From positions 533-64,532 of IMG/VR virus record IMGVR_UViG_3300042892_001369: a stretch of DNA of 64,000 nucleotides; one strand, 5' to 3'. This document shows, piece after piece, positions 19,920 through 29,650 of the stretch (the first letter of the stretch is position 1; each line of letters starts with the position of its first letter). Source of the stretch: a virus (Duplodnaviria; Caudoviricetes). Below the pieces are notes generated by a model, which was given only the letters and a program-made list of their open reading frames with translations, made no database searches and was not told the DNA's origin. Both the position numbers and the translations under genes were made by a program.

Positions 19920-20243
19920 TTAGTTGTTAGCGAATGGTGGTGGTAATGTTACATATACAGGATTGATAATTAATTCAATCTGTTCTGCAATATTTAATTG
20001 TAAAGCGGGTACATCCATTGTTGCTTCCATCCATCCGATAACTTCCGCTTCGGTTAAGTCTGGATAAGGTATGAATGCTTCAGGCGTAGGTGTTCCTACC
20101 GCTTGTGCTCCATAAACATTAGCTGTAATTCCGTTCTCATCTGTTCCAATGTAAACCCAATGTACTGTTGTAACAACGTCCATTAATCCATCTTCGTCTA
20201 CTCTGCAATCAAATGCAGGAAAATTCCAAGTGTAAGTAATCAT
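19920..20243 (-). CDS. Tail-fibre-associated small acidic protein
   Basis: MITYTW...VHW...FIPYPDLTEAEVIGW pattern, often found downstream of phage fibre genes. Confidence 0.55.
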   Translation of the reverse strand: MITYTWNFPAFDCRVDEDGLMDVVTTVHWVYIGTDENGITANVYGAQAVGTPTPEAFIPYPDLTEAEVIGWMEATMDVPALQLNIAEQIELIINPVYVTLPPPFANN

Positions 20244-20264
20244 AATTATTTAGTTTATTTGTTA

Positions 20265-23200
20265 TTAATTTGTCATCATTCCTCTGACCGTTATTCTTAT
20301 CCAAGCATCATTCCCTGATGTATTAGTTAAAACTAAGGTTTGGCCACTTCCTCCTAAAGAAAACACAAATCCAGACATATTACTCCACTCTATTTGTCGT
20401 ACGTCTTTAAGATTTCCACTGCCGCTACTCTTCCATCCCGTATATACAGTGCCTACCGCATAATCGCCTCCGGCATCAAGTCTAATCATATATTCTATAA
20501 TTGCTCCAGCATAGTGAAGGAAGTCAAATGTTATAACGTTTGTAGCTCCTCCATTAGGGATAGGCACTGGTTTTGGTGCATATATGTGTGGTACCTGAGC
20601 TGAATCTGCATTACTGTTAAATTGAGATATGGCTAAACAATCCTGCCCTAAATTATTAGTATCAGGACCAACGTTTAAATCAACTCCAATAGCAGTAAGA
20701 CCGTTAGCGTTATTATTAGTATTAGCCCCCCATCCTAGAGCTATGTTGTAATTAGCTGTTGTTGTTGAATCTAAAGCACCAGTTCCAATAGCGGTGTTTG
20801 TTGATATATTTCCAGGCCCTCTACCAATAGTAACATTATTAATCAAAGCGTCTCCAGCAACATCTAATAAAGCACCTGGACTACTTGTTCCAATACCTAC
20901 GCTGCCTGATGAAGTGATACGCATTCTTTCTGAACCAATAGCAAAAGCCAAATCATTTACCCCACCCACTCTGTAAATTGCTGGATCTGTATTTAATGGC
21001 GAACCGCTACCTGCAAAATTTATTGCAGCACTCGTTACGTTAATATGACCAGCAACATCTAATTTAGCACTTGGACTTGTTGTTCCAATACCTACGTTAC
21101 CAGCCTCGTTTATAGTCAACTTAGAATCAGCAAGAGTAGCGCTTCCAGGCCCTGATTGAGGTCCATTTAATATATGTACTTTACCTTGAGCGTTATTTGA
21201 AGTTAAATCTGTTCTTTCAAATACTATAGCTGACTTTCTATAAAGTGTATTATTTTCTCTATAACCAAAATGAATACCTGAATAATTCCCTATACCTAAA
21301 GTTACTGCAAAACTTGCGTAACCATTATAAGGAGTATTTACATCTAATATTGATTGAGGATATAAGGTACCTATGCCTACATTACCAGCATTGGTAAGAT
21401 TTATTATTTTATTAGCAAATGCTCCACCAACATCATTTCCTATACTTAATGTAGAACTATTCACAGCAGATACCCCAATTTTCCAAGATTGAACCCCGGG
21501 GTGATCAATATAGTAACTACCCAATGTGCTTCCAAGTGTACCTAATACGCCAATTGTTCCATTAACAGCTAGTTTAAACGGATCAGGACTTGTCGTTCCA
21601 ATTCCTACGTTGCCTTCTACTATTAAACCATTGCTTGGGGGTGTAGTAAAGTAATTTGCGCCAATTGTTGCTCCTGCTCTGATGTGTGATGTATAATCAC
21701 TACCACCTTTTACAACAAATGCAAAACCTCCGCCTCCTCCATCAACTCTTAATCCCTCACTTCCTGTTGCTGTAGAAACAATATCTAATTTTGCCCCTGG
21801 ACTAGTTGTTCCAATGCCTACGTTAGTGCCATTGTCATAAATTAATGAATTACCTAATGTACTTGCTGTAGTAAATTTAGAAACGTAATTTGTTGTACCT
21901 GATATTGCAGCTGTTGATCCAGAGCTCCCTGTAATGCTAGTGGCTAAAGGCTTATATGTTAAGACGCTTACGTCGGTGCAATCAGAGATGTTAGCATCGG
22001 TCCAAGTCCATCCGCTTGAATAGCTTGCTTGATAGCTACTACTATAAACACTTTCTACATAAAGTTTTGACCAATATGGTGGAGATGGAAGATAAATAAC
22101 TACAAATCCATTTGTGTCTTTTGCTAAGCTAACAGTTGGACTCCAAGCCCCATTTGATATTATTGTTTCATTCCAAAAAGTTTCTAAATAATAGTGCCAT
22201 CCAAGTGACAAAGATACCATTTGTTCTGCTCCATAAGCAAAACCTTTTATATTTACTGTAAAGTCAGCTGCTCCAGAAGCAAAAGGTATTGTTGTATTAA
22301 TTCTTACTTGTGTTTGATTATTGACATTTATATCAAGAATCCCAAGCGATAGTTTTTTACCTCCAGCCGACACTATTCCTGTTGCAGCAATATTGCCAGA
22401 CACGTCAAGTCTTGCTACAGGACTTGTTGTTCCAATTCCTACGTTGCCAGCGTTATTTATATAAACTCTACTTACTCCGCTTGAATACAAGGATATGGCA
22501 TCTGTCGCTAATGAACCAAAATAAGCTATTCCGTTTGTTCCTTCTATAAACGCTCCCTCATAAGTGTTTGCATCTCTAAATCTACCTAATCCAATAACGT
22601 CTAATTTCGAAGCAGGACTTGCCGTTCCAATCCCAACGTTACCATTTGGTCTAATTCGCATTCTTTCTAACATAGAACCTCCCTCTGGAGTTGTCCAAAA
22701 AGACATCTCTCCGCCAGTAGCATCGCCTCCTCTATGAAATTTTATAGAATTATTTATAGTACCATACCACTTGCTACTTAAATTAGTTATATTAGCAGAA
22801 CTATCTCCTACAATTCCAAGAGAACACTGCTCTCCAGTTGTAGTATTATCTACCTCAAATTTTAGTGTTGGGTTTGTCGTTCCAATACCTACGTTGCCTG
22901 AAGGTGTTAAAGTTAATTTTGTTCCGCCGGCAGCTCCATTGTAAAACTCAAGATTACCAATTGTTCTACCGTTTTCAATATTCCATTCTGCACCCCCTAC
23001 CCTTGTATCAATCATTTGATAAATAGGATAAGTTGTAGCCCAATTCCCATTAACAGAAATATTACCTGCAATACTTACCGCAACTCCACTTACTTCACTT
23101 ATAATACTATTACCTAAAGATGTAGAACCCGTGAATTTAGGCACGTAGTTTGTTGTACCACTTGCATTAGCCTTTGAATTAAATGTAGTCCAATCTGCTG

Positions 23201-23978
23201 AACTTAACGCCCCTCTATTAACAGCTGATGCTGTAGGCAAATTGAATGTATGTGTATTTGTAGCAGATGATATATTAAAATCCGTACCTGCTGTTCCAGG
23301 AGCAAAATATTGCACTTGCGCGGTTAAACCGTTTAATGCGGTTAATCCCGTAGAGAATGTTGTAATCACTTCGCTCAGATGGCCATTTTGGGTATGCATT
23401 GTAATAGTTCTACCCGAGTGAGTTACATATACTCTAACCGCTAATCTATCCGTAACCAGTAATGTAGTTGCGGGAACCGCTAAAGGTGTAAAATAAGCAT
23501 CAATAGCTGTGCCGTTAGTAATACCTTCAGGTGCTGCTGAACTACTAGCTATTAAAGTAAAGACCCCTCCCGAAGAATATTTATATAATTCAAGGTAGAA
23601 AGATGGAGAACCGCCGCCTGAACTTGCACTAAAATAAATTTCAAAGTTCCAATTTCCCGCTGGTATATTAAGTTGATTTGGGGAGGCTACATCTGTTAAG
23701 AATGAAGCTATATATCCATTTGCATTGATAGAAAAATCAGCAGCTGTACCAGTATTAGCTACTGGACTCATTTGATAATAACCACCAACACTTGACACTG
23801 TTCCTCCATTAAAGTAGAATACTTGACTAGATCCACCTCCCCCTGGTGTTTGAGGAGGAGTAATCCATTCCGTTTTAGTTCCTGTAGAAGATAGCACTTG
23901 ACCAGCAGTACCTGTAAACCCAAATGAGTCTATAAGTCCAGCTTGTGTTTCTATATCACTTAAGAATTTTTGACTCAT
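20265..23978 (-). CDS. Long tail fibre protein with GNVGIGT repeats
   Basis: 1237 aa with eight (G/T)(N/S)VGIGTxxP repeats; G/S/T/N-rich. Confidence 0.85.
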   Translation of the reverse strand: MSQKFLSDIETQAGLIDSFGFTGTAGQVLSSTGTKTEWITPPQTPGGGGSSQVFYFNGGTVSSVGGYYQMSPVANTGTAADFSINANGYIASFLTDVASPNQLNIPAGNWNFEIYFSASSGGGSPSFYLELYKYSSGGVFTLIASSSAAPEGITNGTAIDAYFTPLAVPATTLLVTDRLAVRVYVTHSGRTITMHTQNGHLSEVITTFSTGLTALNGLTAQVQYFAPGTAGTDFNISSATNTHTFNLPTASAVNRGALSSADWTTFNSKANASGTTNYVPKFTGSTSLGNSIISEVSGVAVSIAGNISVNGNWATTYPIYQMIDTRVGGAEWNIENGRTIGNLEFYNGAAGGTKLTLTPSGNVGIGTTNPTLKFEVDNTTTGEQCSLGIVGDSSANITNLSSKWYGTINNSIKFHRGGDATGGEMSFWTTPEGGSMLERMRIRPNGNVGIGTASPASKLDVIGLGRFRDANTYEGAFIEGTNGIAYFGSLATDAISLYSSGVSRVYINNAGNVGIGTTSPVARLDVSGNIAATGIVSAGGKKLSLGILDINVNNQTQVRINTTIPFASGAADFTVNIKGFAYGAEQMVSLSLGWHYYLETFWNETIISNGAWSPTVSLAKDTNGFVVIYLPSPPYWSKLYVESVYSSSYQASYSSGWTWTDANISDCTDVSVLTYKPLATSITGSSGSTAAISGTTNYVSKFTTASTLGNSLIYDNGTNVGIGTTSPGAKLDIVSTATGSEGLRVDGGGGGFAFVVKGGSDYTSHIRAGATIGANYFTTPPSNGLIVEGNVGIGTTSPDPFKLAVNGTIGVLGTLGSTLGSYYIDHPGVQSWKIGVSAVNSSTLSIGNDVGGAFANKIINLTNAGNVGIGTLYPQSILDVNTPYNGYASFAVTLGIGNYSGIHFGYRENNTLYRKSAIVFERTDLTSNNAQGKVHILNGPQSGPGSATLADSKLTINEAGNVGIGTTSPSAKLDVAGHINVTSAAINFAGSGSPLNTDPAIYRVGGVNDLAFAIGSERMRITSSGSVGIGTSSPGALLDVAGDALINNVTIGRGPGNISTNTAIGTGALDSTTTANYNIALGWGANTNNNANGLTAIGVDLNVGPDTNNLGQDCLAISQFNSNADSAQVPHIYAPKPVPIPNGGATNVITFDFLHYAGAIIEYMIRLDAGGDYAVGTVYTGWKSSGSGNLKDVRQIEWSNMSGFVFSLGGSGQTLVLTNTSGNDAWIRITVRGMMTN

Positions 23979-23995
23979 ATTAAATTTGTATTAAA

Positions 23996-25114
23996 TTACC
24001 CAACCTTAGTAACTAATACTCTAATCGGGTTGGTTGGTGCTGTTGCAAATGTTACCGTTACTGTATTTACAGTTGGTCTAGATACATCAGAGAATATAGT
24101 TTCAAATGTTACTGTATCATATAATTGTACATTTACATCCTTTGTGTTTAAACTGTGAGTTACTGTTGAAGTAACCGATATTGTAGTTGCATAAGAAGTT
24201 GCTGCTGGCGTAGCTAAACTTACAGCCCCTGCGGTTACAACAAAATCAGCAGAACTGAATGACGCAATACCAGGTACGGTATAAGTAGCTAGATCGATGT
24301 TATTTTGTAATGTTGTCCAATCCGCTAAAGTAGTCGGATTATTAACATTAGCAATAAGCAAATCACCCACTCTTACTTGTTCCGTAAAGAATGTACCATC
24401 CACGGTTACTGCAAATGTCCAACCTGTTTTAATACCAGTTATTGTAGGTACTACATCTAAGTTTGGCGTATTTGTAGCCGCGTCATATCCTCCTTGGAAA
24501 ACTAATGCCGCAGTAGTTGAAGCATCAATATAATTTTTAACTAATGTCAACGCATCCATTGGAATTGATCCAAATGATGTTTTCTTAACATTACCATCAG
24601 CATCGTCATTAAACAATATTGCGTCATCTGCAGAAGCCGTTGCTGTAGTACCAATAACAATAAAGTTATCTACACCAGCATAATCAAGTGATATAGTTCC
24701 AGTAGTCGTAATTGTACCACCTGTTAATCCGCTACCAGTCGCAACAGAAGTTACAGCTGTAGTCAAATACCCTTGCCCTACAACGAAATCATAAATCTGA
24801 TCACCGGTTGCTAATGATGTTGAACCATTCGTAACCGCAGCGGTATTAATAGCTAACGACGGAATTGGCCCAGTACCGTTGGTAATGGTTAATTGGTTTG
24901 ATGTAGTTGTTTGAATTTCAGTAATGTCTCCATCCTGCCCGACATCTACCCAGCCCCCACTTCCATAGAGTCTTAATTTATTAGATACTGAATTATAATA
25001 TATCTGTCCTGCAACAGGTGTATATAATGTTGGATCAGAAGTTGCTGGTTGAATAACCGCATATTGTAGTTGGTTCGTAGTTAAATTTATACTACTTAAG
25101 TATTGTATTGCCAT
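23996..25114 (-). CDS. Tail fibre-related structural protein
   Basis: T/G-rich (GSGLTGGTITTTGTIS); C-terminal VTHSLNT domain. Confidence 0.65.
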   Translation of the reverse strand: MAIQYLSSINLTTNQLQYAVIQPATSDPTLYTPVAGQIYYNSVSNKLRLYGSGGWVDVGQDGDITEIQTTTSNQLTITNGTGPIPSLAINTAAVTNGSTSLATGDQIYDFVVGQGYLTTAVTSVATGSGLTGGTITTTGTISLDYAGVDNFIVIGTTATASADDAILFNDDADGNVKKTSFGSIPMDALTLVKNYIDASTTAALVFQGGYDAATNTPNLDVVPTITGIKTGWTFAVTVDGTFFTEQVRVGDLLIANVNNPTTLADWTTLQNNIDLATYTVPGIASFSSADFVVTAGAVSLATPAATSYATTISVTSTVTHSLNTKDVNVQLYDTVTFETIFSDVSRPTVNTVTVTFATAPTNPIRVLVTKVG

Positions 25115-25117
25115 AGT

Positions 25118-25864
25118 TTAGTTCATATATGCTTGTCCTGAGAAAGCACCGTTAAAAGTTATAGTTAAGTTATTAGTTGAAATATATTGTACGTCACCGA
25201 ATACCTGTACATTGTCATCACTGACAACAGATACCGACGGAAATTTAGCCAAGTTGTGTGTTACATTCCAAACTGAAGAAGCAACTGCCTGTGTATAAAC
25301 AAATGTCTTATCTCCAACATTAGGGACAATGTCTGGATTAACGAATCCCGGATATACCGCAACACCGTAAAACTTATCCTCTAAGATATTACCATTTGCA
25401 TTTACCGCTTCTATAGTTATATCTAAGAAATTTACATTGCCAACCACTGGTGATATACTAATACATTTATATATACCGAAGTTATTCAAGTTATCCACTT
25501 GAGCAATTATGATAGCTTCATTTGCCAATGTAGCAAGATACTCTGCAACACTGTTTCCTGATGTAGCAAATTTACTTATGCGTATAACCGTTATATTATT
25601 AAACGGTGTATTTGCTCCTCCTCCTGAAACAAAGCTTATAGATCCAGCTTTTCTACCAGGAGCAATATTGTTTTGGAAAAAGAAATTATTTTGACCAGCA
25701 ATAGCAATAGCGCTAGTATCATTAAAAAAAGTAGCTATAGCCCCAATCTCGAAATTTTTAGTTATATTCTTCCTCCTCCCGTTAACGATCTTAGTGGAAG
25801 TACCAACTACTATATCTGTGGATAGTATATCCGTATTTTTTGGATAACTATAAATTATAGCCAT
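25118..25864 (-). CDS. Tail fibre-related structural protein
   Basis: MAIIYSYP N-terminus; C-terminal WNVTHNLAKFPSVSVV domain. Confidence 0.65.
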   Translation of the reverse strand: MAIIYSYPKNTDILSTDIVVGTSTKIVNGRRKNITKNFEIGAIATFFNDTSAIAIAGQNNFFFQNNIAPGRKAGSISFVSGGGANTPFNNITVIRISKFATSGNSVAEYLATLANEAIIIAQVDNLNNFGIYKCISISPVVGNVNFLDITIEAVNANGNILEDKFYGVAVYPGFVNPDIVPNVGDKTFVYTQAVASSVWNVTHNLAKFPSVSVVSDDNVQVFGDVQYISTNNLTITFNGAFSGQAYMN

Positions 25865-25880
25865 ATTATTACTTTATTAA

Positions 25881-26219
25881 TTAACAATTCCATTTGTCCA
25901 ACGCTAGTTTCTTCCTCGTTGGTTCTCCATTCGGTTTCTTCATTGGTCCTGGCATACCAGACATCCTAGCGCAAAAAGATTTACGCCTCTTTGCATCTTT
26001 ACTACCCGGCTTTAATTCCGATGGTTTTTTAGTAACCGCCGTTTGTAGTTTACTGCCTGGATTCTCTTTTCTATAACTTGCAACTCCTTTTGCATTCAAC
26101 CCACCTTTTGGATCTTTACCTTCTTTACGTGTCCAAGCCGCAGTTTTTTTCTGCATAACCGGTGATTTCTTTACAGCAGATGTACCACAAGCACACCTAC
26201 CTTTACATTTACACGACAT
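25881..26219 (-). CDS. Basic conserved phage protein (DUF6321-like)
   Basis: WTRKEGKDPKGGLNAKG...RRKSFCARMSGM motif. Confidence 0.7.
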   Translation of the reverse strand: MSCKCKGRCACGTSAVKKSPVMQKKTAAWTRKEGKDPKGGLNAKGVASYRKENPGSKLQTAVTKKPSELKPGSKDAKRRKSFCARMSGMPGPMKKPNGEPTRKKLALDKWNC

Positions 26220-26233
26220 ACTATATATTTTAT

Positions 26234-26488
26234 TTATGAAACATTACTACTACTAGATCTTCTAGCTCCCATACCAACTTTCTTCTTAGCCGATACAACT
26301 TTTGTTTTTTCCGCTTGCGTCATTTGACCCCAAGGCTTTGGGGAATCCTTATTAACTCTTACAGATGGTCTACAAGCTTTCACTCCTTTTCTATCCGCAG
26401 ATCCACATACATTACCTTTCTCATCGGTCCACTTCTCTTTGAACCATCTTTTTAAGGATACACCTTTCTCGGTTTTTCGTATAGCCAT
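26234..26488 (-). CDS. Basic conserved phage protein
   Basis: LKRWFKEKW...CG...CRPSVRV motif seen in aquatic phages. Confidence 0.7.
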   Translation of the reverse strand: MAIRKTEKGVSLKRWFKEKWTDEKGNVCGSADRKGVKACRPSVRVNKDSPKPWGQMTQAEKTKVVSAKKKVGMGARRSSSSNVS

Positions 26489-26778
26489 TACTTTTTGCCT
26501 TTATTTTTTCTACACTTAGCGATAGCACCACTAGCATAAGCCGAAGGAAATACATCATACGTTGCCTTTACTTTTTTATAACAGGAATCTTTAACAGTTT
26601 GTTTCATCGGCGATTCAATAACTCCTCTACCAATCAACACATCTTTCTGGGTAACTTTACCATCACCACTCAAATCCTTTAACTTCTTTATAGGACTGCT
26701 ACCAGATCCAGATCCAATAGTATACCCATTGTTTGTTTTAACACCTAATCCCTGAGGACCAATACCTTTTGCATTCAT
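26488..26778 (-). CDS. Basic virion-type protein with EF-hand/dockerin-like loop
   Basis: Likely start MNAKGIG at 26778; DLSGDGKVTQKD loop; DSCYKKVK...PSAYASGAIAKCRK motif. Confidence 0.65.
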   Translation of the reverse strand: MNAKGIGPQGLGVKTNNGYTIGSGSGSSPIKKLKDLSGDGKVTQKDVLIGRGVIESPMKQTVKDSCYKKVKATYDVFPSAYASGAIAKCRKNKGKK

Positions 26779-26779
26779 G

Positions 26780-27052
26780 CTATTTAGTTTTATATTTTTT
26801 ACCACTCTCTTTCTTTGTTCCCTCACCCTCATTACCTCTGTTCTGTTTAACAGATTCAAATCTCCCATCCTCATGATCATAATCCATACCATTCTTTCCA
26901 GGATGCTTGCGATGCATTCTCTGCGCATGTGCCTTCTTATCCTTTCTATCATCCGTCTTAGCATACGCCAAATCTCTCTCCGCTTTAGCCTTAGCCGCTT
27001 TAGGAGATAACTTCTGCTTTAATAACGGCGATTGTGATCTTAATTGAAACAT
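26780..27052 (-). CDS. Basic protein, first gene of the leftward late operon
   Basis: Likely start MFQLRSQ at 27052, downstream of the late promoter motif; DYDH...NRG is weakly HNH-like. Confidence 0.6.
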   Translation of the reverse strand: MFQLRSQSPLLKQKLSPKAAKAKAERDLAYAKTDDRKDKKAHAQRMHRKHPGKNGMDYDHEDGRFESVKQNRGNEGEGTKKESGKKYKTK

Positions 27053-27078
27053 AGTTTGTACTTTAATATAGTATATAC

Positions 27079-27104
27079 TATTACGCATCGATCTCAATTC
27101 TTAC
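27079..27104 (-). promoter_or_regulatory. Putative late promoter GTAA-N16-GTAATA
   Basis: Heads the leftward structural operon; shares boxes and spacing with the other copies. Confidence 0.5.
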
Positions 27105-27117
27105 AACATAAAGAAGT

Positions 27118-27161
27118 GTGACATTAGCCTACTATTTATATACTTAATAAGCTTACGTCAC
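27118..27161. promoter_or_regulatory. Palindromic operator-like site, copy 1
   Basis: GTGACATTAGC-N22-GCTTACGTCAC; related copies at 30047 and 36418. Confidence 0.65.
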
Positions 27162-27239
27162 CTTTTTGGAAATACTACATTAGATATTTGGAACTAAGGG
27201 GTTATATACTATTTTTAACGTAAACTTTTACAAAGGAAA

Positions 27240-27500
27240 ACGATTTTGTTTTTCGCCCCCCGGGTGCCTGTTTTTGGTTTTGTTCCAAATGTTTTGCCTT
27301 TTCCGGTTTCGGAATCGTATGTGTTAGGCTTACTGGTATGCGTATCTGGTGCTGTGTTGGGCCGTGTGTTGAGCGATGGCGTGCATTCGTTACGTTACGT
27401 ATCGATGCGTAGTGATCGTATCGTGTGGATCGTGCACGTGGTCCGTGTCGTATCGTATACGTTTGTTCTCGTTCATACGGCATAGCGCGTTAGCGCGGAG
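27240..27500. other. Non-coding G/T-skewed, CG-rich segment at the divergence point (candidate genome end or origin)
   Basis: Composition differs sharply from the AT-rich genome, with many CGT/TACG/ATCG units; lies between divergent transcription units. Confidence 0.45.
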
Positions 27501-27571
27501 CGTATAGCATTTACAAGGTTGATACGGGTTGATCTTGATAATATAGGTGTAACAAATTAAATATAAATATT

Positions 27572-27769
27572 ATGGAACTTAGAAATTTAATTACAGAACA
27601 GTATGATTTATTATTAACAGATAATAATTATAATATTCCTGAGGATATTGAAATGGAAATTGAGGATCAAACAGGATTATACAGGGATTTCTGTACAGAT
27701 ACAGAACAGTATCTAGATACCCAGATGGAATGGATTAAATTTATTCTGGACTATCCTATGGAATTCTAA
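27572..27769 (+). CDS. Early acidic hypothetical protein
   Basis: 65 aa, D/E-rich, behind promoter copy 1. Confidence 0.7.
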   Translation: MELRNLITEQYDLLLTDNNYNIPEDIEMEIEDQTGLYRDFCTDTEQYLDTQMEWIKFILDYPMEF

Positions 27770-27790
27770 CCTCCAGTTATAATCTGATCT

Positions 27791-27809
27791 AACCCCTCAG
27801 GGGGTTTTT
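27791..27809 (+). terminator. Small intrinsic terminator
   Basis: AACCCC-TCAG-GGGGTT followed by TTTT after the first early ORF. Confidence 0.55.
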
Positions 27810-27933
27810 ACTCTGCATCCTGCGGAATGGACAGGCGGAGCCGTGGCTACAAGCGAGCGGAGCGAGTGTATAGCACTTACAGACTTAGTACGAAGAGTAT
27901 TTGATAATATAAATGTAACTAAAATAAATAACT

Positions 27934-28116
27934 ATGATATTAAAAATTAATAAAAATTTCAGATCAATTATTACTAATCAATTAATTAATTCAAATAAAT
28001 TAAACTTTGAATTTAAAATTCTAAACTCAAATTTATTAATCAATTCAAAAGATCTTGAAGAAGTTGATAAAATATTAAATAAAAACTTTCACAAATATAA
28101 AGTTCTTACAAAGTAG
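27934..28116 (+). CDS. Early hypothetical protein
   Basis: 60 aa behind promoter copy 2. Confidence 0.6.
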   Translation: MILKINKNFRSIITNQLINSNKLNFEFKILNSNLLINSKDLEEVDKILNKNFHKYKVLTK

Positions 28117-28162
28117 ATACGAAGAGTAATTGATAATATAAGTGTAACTAAAAATAAATAAT

Positions 28163-28318
28163 ATGAATAGAATAGATCAATTAATATTAAATAAATATCC
28201 GGATCAATTAGATCAAATCAAAGATAAAATAGAACTATTAAAACTAGACTATGATCAAGATCAATTTCTTGAAGAAGATATAATAGAATCTATATTAATA
28301 GAACTAGATATAATATAA
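28163..28318 (+). CDS. Early acidic hypothetical protein, not in the ORF track
   Basis: MNRIDQLILNKYPDQLDQIKDKIELLKLDYDQDQFLEEDIIESILIELDII (51 aa) fills the gap between promoter copies 3 and 4. Confidence 0.65.
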   Translation: MNRIDQLILNKYPDQLDQIKDKIELLKLDYDQDQFLEEDIIESILIELDII

Positions 28319-28376
28319 TCTACAAACCTAATACGACTAGTAATTGATAATAATAATGTAACTAAAAATAAATAAT

Positions 28377-28613
28377 ATGAAATTCTTAGAAAAACAAATC
28401 AAAACAAAAAAAGACATTAAAGACTATATTGATAATTTAGTAATTAATAATATGATGTATCATTTTGAAGACGACTCAAGAGACATACCGGCTTTTGAAT
28501 TAAGACTAACTCAAGAACAACTTGATCTATTAGATATAAGATCAACCGAAATGTTAAATGTTAATTATAACTACACATTTGACTATGCTTGTAAAGTACT
28601 AGAAATTGATTAG
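28377..28613 (+). CDS. Early hypothetical protein
   Basis: 78 aa behind promoter copy 4. Confidence 0.7.
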   Translation: MKFLEKQIKTKKDIKDYIDNLVINNMMYHFEDDSRDIPAFELRLTQEQLDLLDIRSTEMLNVNYNYTFDYACKVLEID

Positions 28614-28697
28614 TATGCTATACATCTCTACAGACCTAATACGAAATGAATTTGATAATATAAATGAATATAAATAATAACTTAAATAAATAAAATT

Positions 28698-29063
28698 ATG
28701 AAAACTAAAGTAACAAAAATCGAAGAAGTAGTTGTAACAACTAAAACAAACAAAGAATTATTAGTTGAAGCAATCGCAAGTTTATCACAAGAACAATTGG
28801 CTCTAATCTATCCGCCAATACAAAGAGCTAACTTTGTAGTAAGAAAGTCGTGGCTAGGTCGCAATCAAGTAATCACTTTTGTAAACAACAAAAATCAAAA
28901 AGTTACTTACAATCATGACGAAGTATTGAATGTAATGCTACCTAAGCTATCTATCATGCCATGTTGGATTAAGCGTGAGTATTGGTCACAATCAACTGAT
29001 ATGCCGGCTAATGTTAGACATCTAGCGACTATCGAACAACTGGAAGTTGCAGCGGCTGAATAG
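28698..29063 (+). CDS. Early hypothetical protein
   Basis: 121 aa behind promoter copy 5, with a hairpin overlapping its stop. Confidence 0.75.
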   Translation: MKTKVTKIEEVVVTTKTNKELLVEAIASLSQEQLALIYPPIQRANFVVRKSWLGRNQVITFVNNKNQKVTYNHDEVLNVMLPKLSIMPCWIKREYWSQSTDMPANVRHLATIEQLEVAAAE

Positions 29064-29187
29064 CCGTTGTAGCCCACGGGGGTAACCTCAACACGCTGTA
29101 ATCATTGAGCCTCTGCGAATGCTATACATTTACAGTGTAAATACGAGATCAAAATGATAATATAAATGTAACTAAAATAAATATACT

Positions 29188-29349
29188 ATGAGAAATTTAA
29201 TCAATGCAATCGAATTACAACAAGAAAAATTACAAGCTTTAAAAATAGTACTTGCTAATATAAACACGGATGATCCAAACCAATCTACATCCGACTTCTT
29301 GAAAGAATTAAATATGAAAATTGTAAACCTAATAATAACCGACTTCTAA
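29188..29349 (+). CDS. Early hypothetical protein, not in the ORF track
   Basis: 53 aa (MRNLINAIELQQEKLQ...) behind promoter copy 6. Confidence 0.6.
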   Translation: MRNLINAIELQQEKLQALKIVLANINTDDPNQSTSDFLKELNMKIVNLIITDF

Positions 29350-29350
29350 T

Positions 29351-29527
29351 ATGAGAACTGAAAGAATACAATTTGAATGCGCTTACGGTTACGGCTATAT
29401 TGATATAACCAATCGAGGTGATGAAAGAAACACAACATACGAGATAATCATTGAAGATACTTACAGCGATGCAACCGAGGATGATGTTATAAATGAAATA
29501 AAGATAATTATAAATGAATTGATATGA
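29351..29527 (+). CDS. Early acidic hypothetical protein, not in the ORF track
   Basis: 58 aa (MRTERIQFECAYGYGY...), starts 1 nt after the previous stop. Confidence 0.6.
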   Translation: MRTERIQFECAYGYGYIDITNRGDERNTTYEIIIEDTYSDATEDDVINEIKIIINELI

Positions 29528-29650
29528 TAAAAACTAAAACCCAACGCCGAGCCGAGTACGTGCAAGCGTGCTACAAAAGCGGATCACTCGAATCATACAT
29601 CGAGCAAAGACTAAACAAACTAAATAATAACCCAGTAAAAGTAACTAAAA

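Noticed and set aside
20265-23978. Diversity-generating retroelement or invertase shufflon acting on the fibre
   Set aside because: No reverse transcriptase or recombinase gene is visible, and I saw no near-identical template/variable repeat pair.
27202-27485. Overlapping ORFs on both strands of the CG-rich island
   Set aside because: Composition is atypical, there is no A-rich start context, and open frames are expected by chance in A-poor sequence.
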